A DNA stretch of 64,000 nt, from NCBI GenBank assembly GCA_973895155.1, contig OZ316897.1:8269832-8333831 (forward strand), given 5' to 3'. The DNA is from Marsupella aquatica. Lineage: Eukaryota; Plantae; Marchantiophyta. The position numbers and the translations under genes are program-made. Shown here in pieces: positions 13,013-25,405 of this stretch. The notes beneath the pieces were generated by a model. It did not search any database. It had not been told where the DNA came from and saw only the letters and a program-made list of their open reading frames with translations. Every line of letters starts with the position of its first letter. The first letter of the stretch is position 1.

Positions 13013-16000
13013 CGTGAATCGTAATTGACCAACTCAACGTCGAACAATTCTTCAAATATTCGGCCACCTGCCTGAGTTCTTAGTCGCAGCAGTATTGCAG
13101 CAAGTTGCCGCGAACTGTGGCTGCACAGAATTCAAATTGCAAGCCTGAAGCAGTACAACAGTCCCACCATGATCGTTGGCTGATTGCACATACAGCAGTT
13201 GAAGTTTTGCGGATGTCAAGTGCTAGCCTGCTATCTAGAGAAGAAAATGTCTAGCTGTCTATCTGCTATTCACTTAGTTTGCGAGAGGAGAGAGACAGAG
13301 AGAAGACCCAAGTGCTTGAAAGCTACAACTAGCGCCAACTGATTTGAGATTTTACCCAGCTGGGCAGGTGTTCGCACTGCACTCGTCCCATACGATTGTA
13401 ATTACTCTCAGCTCGTGTACAAGGGACTGGCCTCACCAGACATCATGCATCAGCCCTCCGTACTGAGATGGCTATCGTCGTGGGTGTAGTGGCAGCTAGG
13501 TAATTACGCTAGTGTCGTATATATTCCAGTTCCGTCACTCGGACCAGAAACTCACAGGACTCGTATAAGAACGTCTATGCACTCGTGGTAGCTGCCAACA
13601 GGTCTATATTCCGAAGAAGAAAATACCAAGACACGAGATAGCGATGCGCCTTGAGCATTTCTCACTGTTTACACTCAATTTATCTCTAGTGAATGCGGAA
13701 AAAATTGAGCTGGATGGCCAACGTCGAGTCTGGACCCTGAAGCCGTCAGTGGATTGCTGAAGCAGGACCGCAAGTCTCCGAAGACTCTCTCCGTCACTCG
13801 TCGGAGGTTGATGTCCTACTGACAGATTAATGAACTCAGAGCAAATATGTACTCGCTGGTCAGTACAAGCAGCAACACCGTACCTCCACCATCACTCACC
13901 AGGGGTGACTGCCCATTGCCAGTTCACAGTCCTGCTGAAGCTGGGAAAGGCTAGCTGAATCGCTCCGAATAAACTGAGCCGGTGAGCTACGTTAACAGTG
14001 AGGGATACCAAATGCAGAATTGGCTCAACTGAGTGACGTCCCCGGCGTGAACCATGTTTGTGTTGTACACTTCAGTTTGAATTTATAGCTTAACCACATT
14101 AACACAGCGACAACTGGCCCCCGGGGTTGAACCCTCTCATAGTACTGTAGAAGCAAACGGAGAGGAGAAAAGCGATTTGTATACGCCGGGTGGATTTCCA
14201 GCGGTACTCAGACTTATTGTTGCCGTCGCTCCTGTGGAGCCTGACAAATCGTCTGGCATCCATAAAATCTTTAAGCATGGCCATGCTATCCATTTATGGA
14301 TGAATGCATTCACTCACAAAAAGATTTACAAGTCGAACGAGTTCGCTTCGTTTCGTTTGTTTAGACGTGATGCTTCGCCTAAATCATAGCTTAGCTCACT
14401 TTCCGTGACGAATCCAGCATCGACACAGAGACTCACTAGCAGCCCTGGGAAGGGACATATCTGTAAGTTGCTGCTGGATATCATACATATTCCCAAGCTA
14501 AATTAAGACTGGAGAGAGAGGCTCAGATAGTGCCAAGCATGCAATTCTGACAAGGTTGCAAAGTGCGTAAATGAGCAGATGAGGTATTCAAGAGCGGGAA
14601 CAAAAGTGTCAGAGAAGAAACTAAAAATTAATCACCTGTGCAGATAATCGGACCAGTAGACTACTAACAACAGCGAGAGCGGAGCTATGACTGTCAGTAA
14701 TCGATTACTCTCCATTGCTTATTGAATTCAACTTCCATCAAGTAGAGACTGTAAAAGGTGAGCCAGGTCACGCCGGGGACGTTTTTCACACCGGGACTTC
14801 AGCAATCACAGTTGTGTAGGCATTCCAACAGCTTCTGGGCAGAAATTTGTGGAGAAGCGGAATTGAAGGAAGTTTGTAGACACCAGTATAGCCGTATAGG
14901 GTGTGCATGAGGCAGTGAGGACAACTCAATCACCACCGTCGTTGCCCCAATCGCATGGGGTCCATGGGGAGAGGACTCGAGGAGTCTGGAACGCATGGAG
15001 TGCGAAATCTCTTTACATTAAATTCAATGAAAGGAAGAAATCTCTTTACATTAATATGAAGCAAAAGGTTGAGCTGTGCCTCTACACCGTTGGGAATGGA
15101 CAAATACCGTGAAAGTTTTGTACACCGTTGGGAGTGGACACAAACTGTCAAAGTTTTGCTGTTTAATTATATATCACGAGCCCTATGCCCAAAATTTGCA
15201 CAGTGCAATGAGGGCTGGCCCACAGGGCCGGGGGGCTCAGGGGGGGGGCTGAGAGGCAAGAGGGGGCAAGTGGTAATCGAATCGAATGGATACAAAAATA
15301 CTCTAAAATATCTAAAGGCCAGATTTGATTCCCGCCAATTCTGTATTTCATAACAGGACGAAAGACAAAAAAAAGGCGGGATCACTTATTATAGTTGTAG
15401 ATTTGTCAAAGAACAGAAAGTGTCGAACCTGGAGAAAGGTAAGATTCCCACTAAAGGCGAGCAAGCAAGGGAAAACCCCAAGAAGAACACAGACTGAGAC
15501 AAAAACCCTAAGAGTCCCTTGCCGAAAGAGTCAAAGCTGGACACATGATCGTGAAGGCCAAGAGATACAAGGGAGCAAACGAGGGGGAAACCACAAGAAG
15601 ACTAAAGAGCCAAAAAGCCCCAGAGTCCCCTTCAGCTGCGAAAGAACTAAGGCCTTGGTGCAAGTCAAGTGATGTGGTAATGTGGTTCACCTAAGCCATT
15701 TTTGTCTCATTTTGGGAAAGGAATGTGAGTGGCTACTCCATGATCCCCCCCCCCCTCCCATGAATCCCTGGAAAGTAGTTTCTATAATAATTGTCTGATG
15801 TATGCATGTGAGTCATTTGATTTCCTACTCACATGTAGTTTGATCTGGCCATTAACCCTTTTAGCTAAATAAGTACTTGGCCAATGTGAGGGGAAAGTCT
15901 CAGAAACGATCTTTGTATTGTTAGCCAAAGCATTTTCTAGGTCGGCTCACCTCATCTTGGCTGTATCAAGTGGTAAGAAGACTCTGCTCTGACTACCATA

Positions 16001-16811
16001 GGCACTTGAACTTTGCTTTAATTGTTAGTGGCACCCAGGAATTCCTTGAAACCCGCAAACTAGGCAGAGGGTGGGATGGTTGTTCTTTCACCATGGCTAA
16101 GTTTAATTGGGGCAGTGTAGAGTTTGATTGGTGTTGGACTGTGGGCTTTTGGTCCATTTTTTAACTTGGAGTGTTCCTGGGAGACTCACTATTTCATTGC
16201 TGCTTATTTAGTCCTGCCATTCAAGTCAATGCTGCCAGCTATCACCTGCTGCCCATTGTGCTCAGAATGTGAAAATATAAGGGTGTATATCTTCACATAT
16301 CTGAATAAGTGCAAAGTTTGCTCAACATTGGTCATCCTAGCAAGCGTAGCCCAGATATGTAGTAACACAGATGCGGAGTCCAGAGACATACACCCCCAAC
16401 CGCCAGCACACACATGGAATTGTAACCCTGGATTAATCTTGAATAGAAAAGTTACTCACTGAAGAAGTGTTATCCCGGTTAGCACAATCTAGACCTGCAG
16501 GAAAGATTAATTACTTTTCATTTCAGGAAATAAGAGAAGGCCAAAACATTGAAATCGAAGCTCAGATGGACGGTCAAGATGTTATCCCTGCCCATCCCCA
16601 TAGACTGTGTAAAGTCATCAGCCACTTTACACCAAAACAAAGGGAGGGACAGGCTGCATTTTGGATGGAATTTTGGGCAGGATGCCCGGAGTAGGGTGAG
16701 CCTGAGCAGCAAATTATCACTATTGGGAAGCTTCACTTTTGTGAAGAATGCCTTGACTTGCATGTTTTGATCTTGTCTAAGTAATGAATTGCCACTTTGT
16801 GAAGAAGGCTC

Positions 16812-17194
16812 GTTGTTGTTTTGTTGCTGCAGAATTTAGTGGAGGCATCATTCTGTAACAAAGGATGCTCAGGGATGCCCAGTGTACTACTCTGCATGAG
16901 AACAATGTACAATCATTATTTTAGTATAGCAAACTAAGGAGGCTTCTTCATTGTTGTTCTTGTTGATACTTTGTTGCTGCAGAATTTAGTCGAGGGCATC
17001 ATCTGTAACAAAAATGCCCAAGGATGCCCAGTGTACTACTCTGCATGAGAACAATCTACATTATCTTAGTTTAGCAAACTAAGCCAGGAGGCTTCTTCAC
17101 TGTTGTTCTCATAGTTGTTTTGTTGCTGCAGAATTTAGTTGAGGCATCATTCTGTAACAATGGATGCCCAGTGTACTACTCTGCATGAGAACAA
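16812..17194. repeat. Tandem repeat, ~150-bp unit, ~3 copies
   Basis: The core TTGTTGCTGCAGAATTTAGT..GGCATCAT..GGATGCCCAGTGTACTACTCTGCATGAGAACAA recurs at ~16821, ~16971 and ~17119. Confidence 0.85.
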
Positions 17195-20100
17195 CGTAGG
17201 TTATTTTTCTTTTTTAATTTTTCTAACAACCCACACTATTAAACTTTGTTTTCACAGAGAATGTCAATTGAGATCATTCAAGGAAGTCTCATTCTAGCAC
17301 CAGCAACTGATAGAACTCTGGGTCAACTAACTGAACCAGGCTACAGCTTACAGTCAGGAGACCATTTTTAGGTCACACTTCCAACAAAAGTGAAGATGGT
17401 GCTATCCCAGACTATTTTGATGTTCTGAAACAGTCCATCCGAGCTTCACCGACAACACCTCAATCAATTTGAGCTTGAGTTTACGTAAAATTAATCTCTT
17501 TTTCCGTTTTTAATTTTAATGACAATGTACACACGAGTGCACACACTGAAAATTGGTGTCTACAGATGGATGCGTAACAATTTTGTGAGGTTTTGAAACT
17601 AAGGCAACTCATCAAATGTGCTAAGTTGGGCCCAAATTTTTAATAATATATTATTTGTCTGGTTATATATATTACAAGTGCAAACCAGGATGGCTGAAAT
17701 ACAGTAAACCAAGACATATGGGCTTGTCATCAAGAATTTCCCCCTATGAGGCAAGTCAGGCAGATGCATTCCCAGGGGGAATGGCCAAAAGAATCCTGAA
17801 ATGGAGGATTAGTCAGCAAAGAACCAAGGGAACTCCTTTCATATGGGAGGACTAGAACACAGGAAAATGAAAGGAAGCATATCATGGAAGAGAAATGAAA
17901 CAAGCATATCAGGAAAGGAAACTCATTGGGCTTTATGCACTCCATGCTTCGTGCAATTCTGGTTCACCTCTCTAGTTTTGTTCTTTTGGGCATTTACAAT
18001 TTCTTTTGTTTTTCTTTTTAATTTTGAAGGGGAAATCTGTGAAACCCCACAGAAAGGAACAGTTAGTCACAACATTTGAACCCAAGTCCCATCAGTGAAC
18101 TACCACATAGCCAGGCCTCACTAGGCATGTCTTTAATTTGCTTCCATAACTCAAGGATTTCCTCTAGCTTGAGCTTTTTGGCCAGTTGCATGGTTGCTCT
18201 GCTCGGTCAAGCTAGGTTTTGCTTTCCCTTTCCGGTGAAAGAAAACCCTGCATCACCAAACCGAAGAAACAAAACCGGGCACAAAACAAGAAGCACCCAG
18301 ATACAGCCAATATCTCACTCTGCCAAGGAATGAAAAACACCAAACCTGGAGAAAACTACTACAGTATGGGCTTATTAATTTGATCAGCTAAACTAACCTG
18401 AGATGCCAGATGATTGGTTAGCGGACACATGGAGGCCGGCTCAGGATTTGCCCAAGCTAGCCCCCTTCAACTGTATCTTCACCCTGGACCAGGCTCGCTC
18501 GTCTGACATTCACCAGAACTTGAGTGTCGACTATTGTCCACAAGCAAAAAGTATCACATTTTGGTCCCCCTCATCACACAATCTTCCCCGCTCTTAAAGT
18601 TGGAGGGGGTTGTCTTGGACAATTTTCTAGCTTTCCACATGAACATTGTCCTCTGGACCAATAACATGTCACGTACTCTTCATGGGTACCATGTACTGAT
18701 GATCAGTTTTGCACACAAAACAAAACATTAAGTTATTGAAAGTCTGACAGAGTCCGTGATACAAAGTTTCAGTGTTTGTGAATTAAACATTTAAAAAATC
18801 ATTCAATCAGTGCAATTTTAGAAACATTCTTAGCATTCTAATGTAAAACTCTGACAAATTGCCTGAATCAGCGTTTACATTGCTTAATTTCAAGGAAGAG
18901 ATTGAAATCTAAGAATTATTTTAGGCCGTTGTGCTAATGTGCTTTAAAACATAAAAATATTAATGTTTCACGCAGGGCATGTGCAAACCTGATAGTTCCT
19001 ATGATAGTTTCAGGTTCCGGATAGCAACTTCAACTAGTTGAGAGGTCATGAAACTAATCAACAGTATGTATTATTTCCTGATCAAAATTTTGGGTCTCAA
19101 AATTTGTAGGTGCATTAATGGAATGGATAGACATTGGGCTCCATCCAAGCATCAAATTCATGAACTTGCATGCATGATTGACCAGAAAGCTTTTGGTTGT
19201 GAGACAAGAAAGAGGAGGAAAAAACGTGCTTTGCCAGAATACCATAACTTAATTGGTTGGCAGTTCTGGAAAGTGTGAAGTTGTTTTTACTTGCTTCCAA
19301 ACTTTTGCAGGTGCCATTTTAATTAGTTTTCCCAACCAAAAAGCTTTCTGCATCATACCTAACCAAAACATGTGTCTGCTGCCTATCTCAACAGAAAACA
19401 CCAATTTTCAGGGCATTTTGCGTCATGTACAGTTTGCCAGGCTCGAGATCAGGCTATTGTGTATGGAATTTAATTTCTTCCCCATTTCCCCAAACTACCC
19501 ACATATAGTTTCCAGCCCACCATCTCTGGGAGGTCAAATTCTGGCAGTGGGGTCCAATTTTGTTTTTACTTATTTATTATTACTATGGTACTATAGTAAG
19601 TTGTTCTCTGTACCAGTACGTGTTGTTCAATAAAATTCACTAAACTCTACCTCTCTTACACTTCTTGCCCGGCTTTGGCAAATATTATCTAGTTTTTGGG
19701 TCTTCCATTATTTAGCCAGTTTCTCACCAAGCCAAAGACCTGGTAGCCAGAATCTAACGGTCATCCTTAAGTCTAGGACTATCTTTCTGAGGAGATCTAA
19801 TTGACAGGAATCAAAGTAAGAAATTTAGATAGAGAATATTCTTAGCATCTTCTTCTTCACACATAGTGTCCTTAGCCACATGGGGCAAAACAAAAAAAAC
19901 CTTAGAATTTCATTTGTACTGCTTCCTACAGTAGGGAAGGACCAAACCTAGCCAGACATTCCTCTCCCCAGGGACATAGATCCTGAGGGGCGACCCCAAT
20001 GGGCGTTCCAGTGACCGACCTTTTGTTTGCCCTTGGTTGAATGTGCCTTTCCTTGCCCTTTCCTGCCCATATAGTTTTGTAATTTACGAGATCTTTAATT

Positions 20101-21250
20101 GTTTTCAGGGCTGCCTTTTCCTGGCCTTGCTTTCAAAAAAGCTGGGCAGTACACTTAACTGTCTCTAAGTGCACATTTTTGGGAAAATGGATCCAGTGTG
20201 CACTAAACTAGTTTAATTTGTACTCCTTGAGAAGTGAAACCCCCTAAACTTTGCACTCATTCACAAACTGCTCACAAATGGCCCCTCCGTCAGCAAGCAG
20301 TCTCTAACTCAATACACAAATGTACATTCCTTCCCAAATTTGGTGTCCAACTGCTTCAGTCCACTGTATACTCCACTAAGAAACGGGATGTGCATTTATC
20401 AGTAAATGCAATCTAATGGGATTGTGTGCTTATTAATAAGTGCATGCCCTTTTTTACAAGACTACAAAATGCACTTAAAGAGGGTTGTGCAGTTACAACA
20501 TTCCGAATCATACGTGACAATTTCTCGTCATAGGCTCTACCTCAGAAAACTTCCCCAGAATTGGCCAATACTATTCCAGTAAGCCCCCCTACTGTGGGTC
20601 CCATTGACTAATATCATTCAGTATTTCTAATCGGGGAGTCGTTGTGTATGGGGATCTTGAACCTGTAATTCGTCATCTTGAGTACGCAAAACTTTTTTAC
20701 AAGTTAAAAGAAAAAGGTTTTGTGTCGTTTAGCAAAATGACTCCAAGCCTGTTTGCCCAAAGAAAATATGCAAAAAATGCAAACTCAATGTAAAATACAA
20801 TGGGGTAAACAAGAAGCCTTGCACTAAAACAAGTTTGTGCTTGTGGAGTTTGTCCTTAGATAGAGAGAGCTGTCTGTAACTCTACTGCAGGAGAGACGTG
20901 AAGCCTGGTTGTACAGCCATTGTCAATGTACAACACTTGTTTTTTGAACCCTCTCTACCATGGATTCAATTTTTCCTGGCCTTCGGGCTTTTTGGCCCTA
21001 TGGTTGTCTCCTTGTTGCATCTTTTGGTTGTGAGATCATGTCTCTCAACTGGGCACCTTTTGTGTTTTGGCAGTAAGTTTGAAATAACCTACAATATGAA
21101 CAGCGTCCTGATAATTGCACATCAAAATGTGACTATATACGGTGTACTATGACATTCCATAACATGATAAACCCAATGATTTTGTTGATCAAAATCACCG
21201 AGGGTTATTCTAAATACATATGTGGCTGTTGATTTTTGATGTGCAATTAG

Positions 21251-21487
21251 TGTTAGGCATTTACTCTTAGGTCTAGGGTTACGACTGTAGTCGTAATCAG
21301 GGATGACCTTAGTCGCAGACTAGGTTAGGGTTACTAGGTTGCACACTATTTCCCAAACGATCTTTGCTTTGATAGAGTGAACTCAAGCTCATTGTTACAG
21401 AGGCAGTTGAGAGATAGGGAAATCTTATATTATAGAGACTCGGTATCACCAACAGGCTTAGAGTGCAGTAAAGTTTTTGTGTATTCC
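21251..21487 (+). repeat. LTR-like dispersed repeat, copy 2
   Basis: Begins TGTTAGGCATTTACTCTTAGGTCTAG; a diverged, inverted copy of 1448-1715. Confidence 0.6.
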
Positions 21488-23190
21488 CATAGACATAACC
21501 TCAACTGAGGTGAACCAAGTATTTCTTTGTGTCGACTACTTGTGTGTTGGATGTTCATGGGCTTGCCGTTGTGGATGTCATCTTTGCTAAAAAATTACCA
21601 AGATGTACATGAAAACCTATGAAGCGTAGCGGTACAGTCTTGACTCTGGATATATAATGAATCAATTCTCCAGTACCTTTTTTTACTGTTCCCACCATGC
21701 ATTTAAATCTGGCAAATGGCCCAGATTTTTCAGAAATTTCTCCCAAGCATCATTTGCAAGCTCATTCTTGAGGTAAGGTGTTTTTGCCCACTTAATGCAC
21801 GATTTTTGTGTTTGTATTTGTCATTGCATTGGAGAAGAATGTCAGTTCAAGATTTGGATCACCTCTTTGGGGTTCTTATCAAGCCTTTACGTGTTATGTT
21901 TCCATTGCATTCTGGATAAACAGAGGCTCTTGTTTTTGGAGGCCTTATATCCCTCAATGCCCTCTAAACAGAACATCACTTCATACAGAAAAAGTTGCCC
22001 CAGCCCTCAATGCTGCCTGACGTGCCCATCAAATCCTGCCTAAATGCTACCTGATGTGCCAGTCCAGATTTGTTTGATTTGCAGAGTTATCTTCCTTTTC
22101 TTGCCCCAAAATGCCCTGTATAATTATGAGAACTAGCCCGGCTACCGGTTGTTTGAACATGAATAGAGGTGAGGATAAAAAAAGTGTCTCCTTGACAACA
22201 TAGATTACTTACTGTAATAAGAATAGTATATCAAAAGATGAAGGAAACCCCACTTGAGAGGCGGCCCTATTTTTGCATCTCCATTTTTCACCCCCATCCC
22301 TCATTTGACTATCCCTCCCTACGCCTTCAGCCTAGATATAGGCATTCAAAGTAGCTCCACATCACTATTTAATAGTAAGATTTTTGTTTCAGGGTTGCCT
22401 TTCCCTGCCCACTCTGTCATGCCTAAATACTACCTGACGCTGGTTGCTTAGATTTTGTTTGCAAGGCTTCTCATCAGGTGTTTTTTTGGGGGGGGGCTGG
22501 GATGCGTTCTCTTTCTTGCCCTTTCCTGCCCCTTCCTACCTTTGTAATTAATAGATTTTTTGTCATGCCCTGCGTACTCACAAGGTTTTTTGTTGTCAGG
22601 GCTGCCTTTCTCTGCCCGATCCTCCTTTGCCCGTGGCGCTGCCCGTCACTCTGTCACGCGTAATTTGCCTGGCTGCCCATCCAGCTTTTGTTTGCAGTGC
22701 ATCCATTCCCGGAACCTTCTTGCCCTTGCCCTTTGTCTCCTGTCCATGACTTTGCCGGGCATGCCTAGATTAGTGCTGCCCAGAGCCCATTCCCTGTTTG
22801 TTGGACTGGTTGCTGCGAAGTCCCCGAAGAACCTTCCAGGCCCACTGGTCGCCCAGAGAGGAGTTTCCAGCCAAAATTTGTTTGTTTGTGTGGTCTCGAA
22901 TGCAAATATTTGTTGAATATTTATTGAAAGGTAGTGTCCTAAACTTGAGTTATGATATGGCATTGGAGTTTAGTACTGTTATGCCTGTAAGGCATTCTGT
23001 CCAAAATAAATAAGTCTGGGAGTTTATTCTGTCCTGCTTGTCAATACTCTGGTTGAGGTCGTGGGACTGCTAGCAATTTCAAGTTGCCTCATTGTCGAAG
23101 CTGCCTCATTCTTGGCACAACTGCTGGTGATTTGGCGAGAGCACATCCCAGAGACCTTTGACAGTTTCAGCTCTTGTTTTGAATCTGAGC

Positions 23191-23530
23191 AATTTCAGCC
23201 CCTTTTTGAATCCTGAGTGGTTCTACTTCGAGAGTAGTTTCGACTCACCTTGGAGCTGTGTTAAATAACAGTCAACTCACCCTGCTTTGGCTACACTACC
23301 TTGAATCTTGAGTTTTCAGCCCCTATTCGAATCCTGAGTAGTTCAACTTAGAGACTAGGCTCGACTCACCCTGGAGCCGTGGCAAATACAGTCAACTCAC
23401 CCTGATTTGGCTGCACTAACTACAACTCCAATTGAATCCTGAGAAGTTCAACTTAGAGACTAGGCTCGACTCACCCTGGATCTGTGTGAAATGACAGTCA
23501 ACTTACACTGATTTGGCTACACTAACTAGA
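23191..23530. repeat. Tandem repeat, ~105-120-bp unit, 3 copies
   Basis: GAATCCTGAG..GTTC.ACTT.GAGA..AG..TCGACTCACC.TGGA...CAGTCAACT.AC.CTG.TTTGGCT.CACTA recurs at ~23207, ~23329 and ~23434. Confidence 0.85.
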
Positions 23531-24215
23531 ACTCAAATCTATGGGTAGTTTTTTAGGTCCAGCACATCTGTTCCTTTTATTATTACACTTGCTGTATTGG
23601 CCAAGGAGAAGAGTAGCATAGAGTGATAGAGGTCACAACGCTTATGAGTCTGAAAGAGAAAATGACAAGTTCAGTCGGCTAAAATAAGGTTAAATAACGC
23701 GGGGTCTCACTGGGTGTGGCGAGTTGATGAGTGTTCCCTCTTTGTCTGTATGATGGATAAGTTTATGGCATCTGAATGCTTGCATCGATTGAATTAGGTC
23801 TTCTGATATTGGCGCTAAGTACAAATACTGTACATACAAACAGTGTGAGCACTTAGCACCAGATTTACTATGAACACAAGGTGACTCTTAAATTGGAATT
23901 AGAATAACAAAGGTTCCTGACTAATCTGCCCAAAATCACTCCATTTGATGATACTTGTGCATTAGAATTAGGAAACAAAGGTTCCTAACCTCTCTGATCA
24001 AAACCAGAGGCTCCGAATACTTCCACCAAGGTTCCTTTCTTTCGCAACACGATGCTCACAACACACACAAGCAAGATAAACCTTCTACTCACGTGATCTG
24101 GCACCATTTGACAGAAAAAACAATGTAGGTCTCAGACTATCCATACCAGATTGCTGAGATTTATCAGCCATATAGATTTCCAGTCACTCTGCGATTGCTA
24201 GCGCTGGAAATTCTC

Positions 24216-25060
24216 TCAGACAAGCTCGATGAAAGCCATAGGTGCATTGTCTCCTCGTCTAGGCATAGTACGAACAATGCGAGTGTAGCCTCCATTTCTC
24301 TCACCATATCTATCTGGAACTTCAGCAAATATAGAATGCACTAGCTGCTTGTCGTAGATGAATCCCAGAGCCTGACGCCGTTGGTGCAATGAACCACCTT
24401 TAGCAAGTGTGATCATGTGATCCACATATTTCCTCATGGCCCGAGCACGGGTCTTTGTGGTTTTGATCCTTCCATGTCTCAATAGCTCTGTAGTCAAACC
24501 CCTAAGAAGAGCCTTCCGTTGATCCGCTGGTCGTCCAAGCTTCGGCACATGCCTCCCATGCCTCATGGCGAACCATTTTGATCCGTTTCCAACACCAAAA
24601 TTGAGAGTGCCGAATGCAGACTCTGCACATTGAGAGCAGACACAGTTTTAGAATTAACATTCCAAATTCTTCCCGGATTCAGAGCTTAAACAAATCCACC
24701 ATGCTTTGATGGGCTCCTAAACTGAGATAGGTAAAGAGTGGTAAAACTATATACCCACAACCCAAAGCAATTATAGCAGCACCTACACCCAAGATCACGG
24801 ACACCGCAATGCAAACGAACGAGGCCAATTGGGCCGAGTACATCGTGAGTGAATGAGCCACAGACAAGAGACGCACCTGTACGCAGGGGCAGACTGCCAG
24901 AGGTCGAACGCAATCCGGACGACGATGCTCCGAAGGACGGGATGGCTCTCAAGGGGAGCACTCTGCCTCTCCCCACCACGGCAACATTCGATGATGATGA
25001 TGAGGTCCAGGTGGGAAGTGCGGCACTGAGAGATGCTAAGCAAAACGCACCCCCCGCCAT
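24216..25060 (-). CDS. RPL17: Plastid 50S ribosomal protein L17 (bL17c) with transit peptide; exons 25060-24877 and 24622-24216; 196 aa
   Basis: Exon 2 encodes the bL17 signatures [12 protein letters not shown]..., [14 protein letters not shown] and [14 protein letters not shown]. Exon 1 starts at ATG 25060 and is Ser/Ala/Arg-rich, like a transit peptide. Donor ACAG|GTGCGT at 24877/24876 and acceptor TGCAG|AG at 24623/24622 are both phase 1; 184+407=591 nt is in frame. Confidence 0.93.
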
Positions 25061-25397
25061 AGCTCCCACCTTCTGCTACACTCCCCCGCTTAGTTGTGTA
25101 CTCCCGAGTGTACCTAACAAAATTGTTGTTGGTCCGTCCGTGCGCAGGACATTTGTGACCCAGACTGGCGATTGCTGCAGCGACGTTCGAGTGCACTGCA
25201 GGAGCCACCATTCCATAGCAGAAATTTTAGTACAGCAAATTGAAAGATCCCGGAATGCTCAAAAGGCCCGTGCACACAGACCGACACAGCATTTGTAAAG
25301 GTAACATTTCCGTGGTGCGCTTTTGACAAAATGCTCTAACCAAGTGTACCGTAGTAGCTAACGAACGAAAACGAGAAGAGAGTGAATACACCCCTGA

Positions 25398-25405
25398 ACC
25401 CTAAA
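25398..25405. promoter_or_regulatory. Telo-box-like motif (AACCCTAA) upstream of RPL17
   Basis: AACCCTAA lies ~340 nt upstream of the RPL17 ATG, and telo-boxes are enriched near plant ribosomal-protein genes. The motif is short and could occur by chance. Confidence 0.35.

Noticed and set aside
11623-13028. Short overlapping ORFs within GLOX (and likewise antisense ORFs within 44435-46177)
   Set aside because: Alternative-frame or antisense shadows of the real CDS.
20134-20456. Degenerate MITE (GGGCA..CACTTA inverted ends)
   Set aside because: The inverted similarity is weak and there is no TSD.
24686-25298. ORFs 24686-25069(-), 24795-25211(-) and 24849-25298(+) as independent genes
   Set aside because: They overlap RPL17 exon 1, intron and leader. 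The first is exon 1 read through into the intron.
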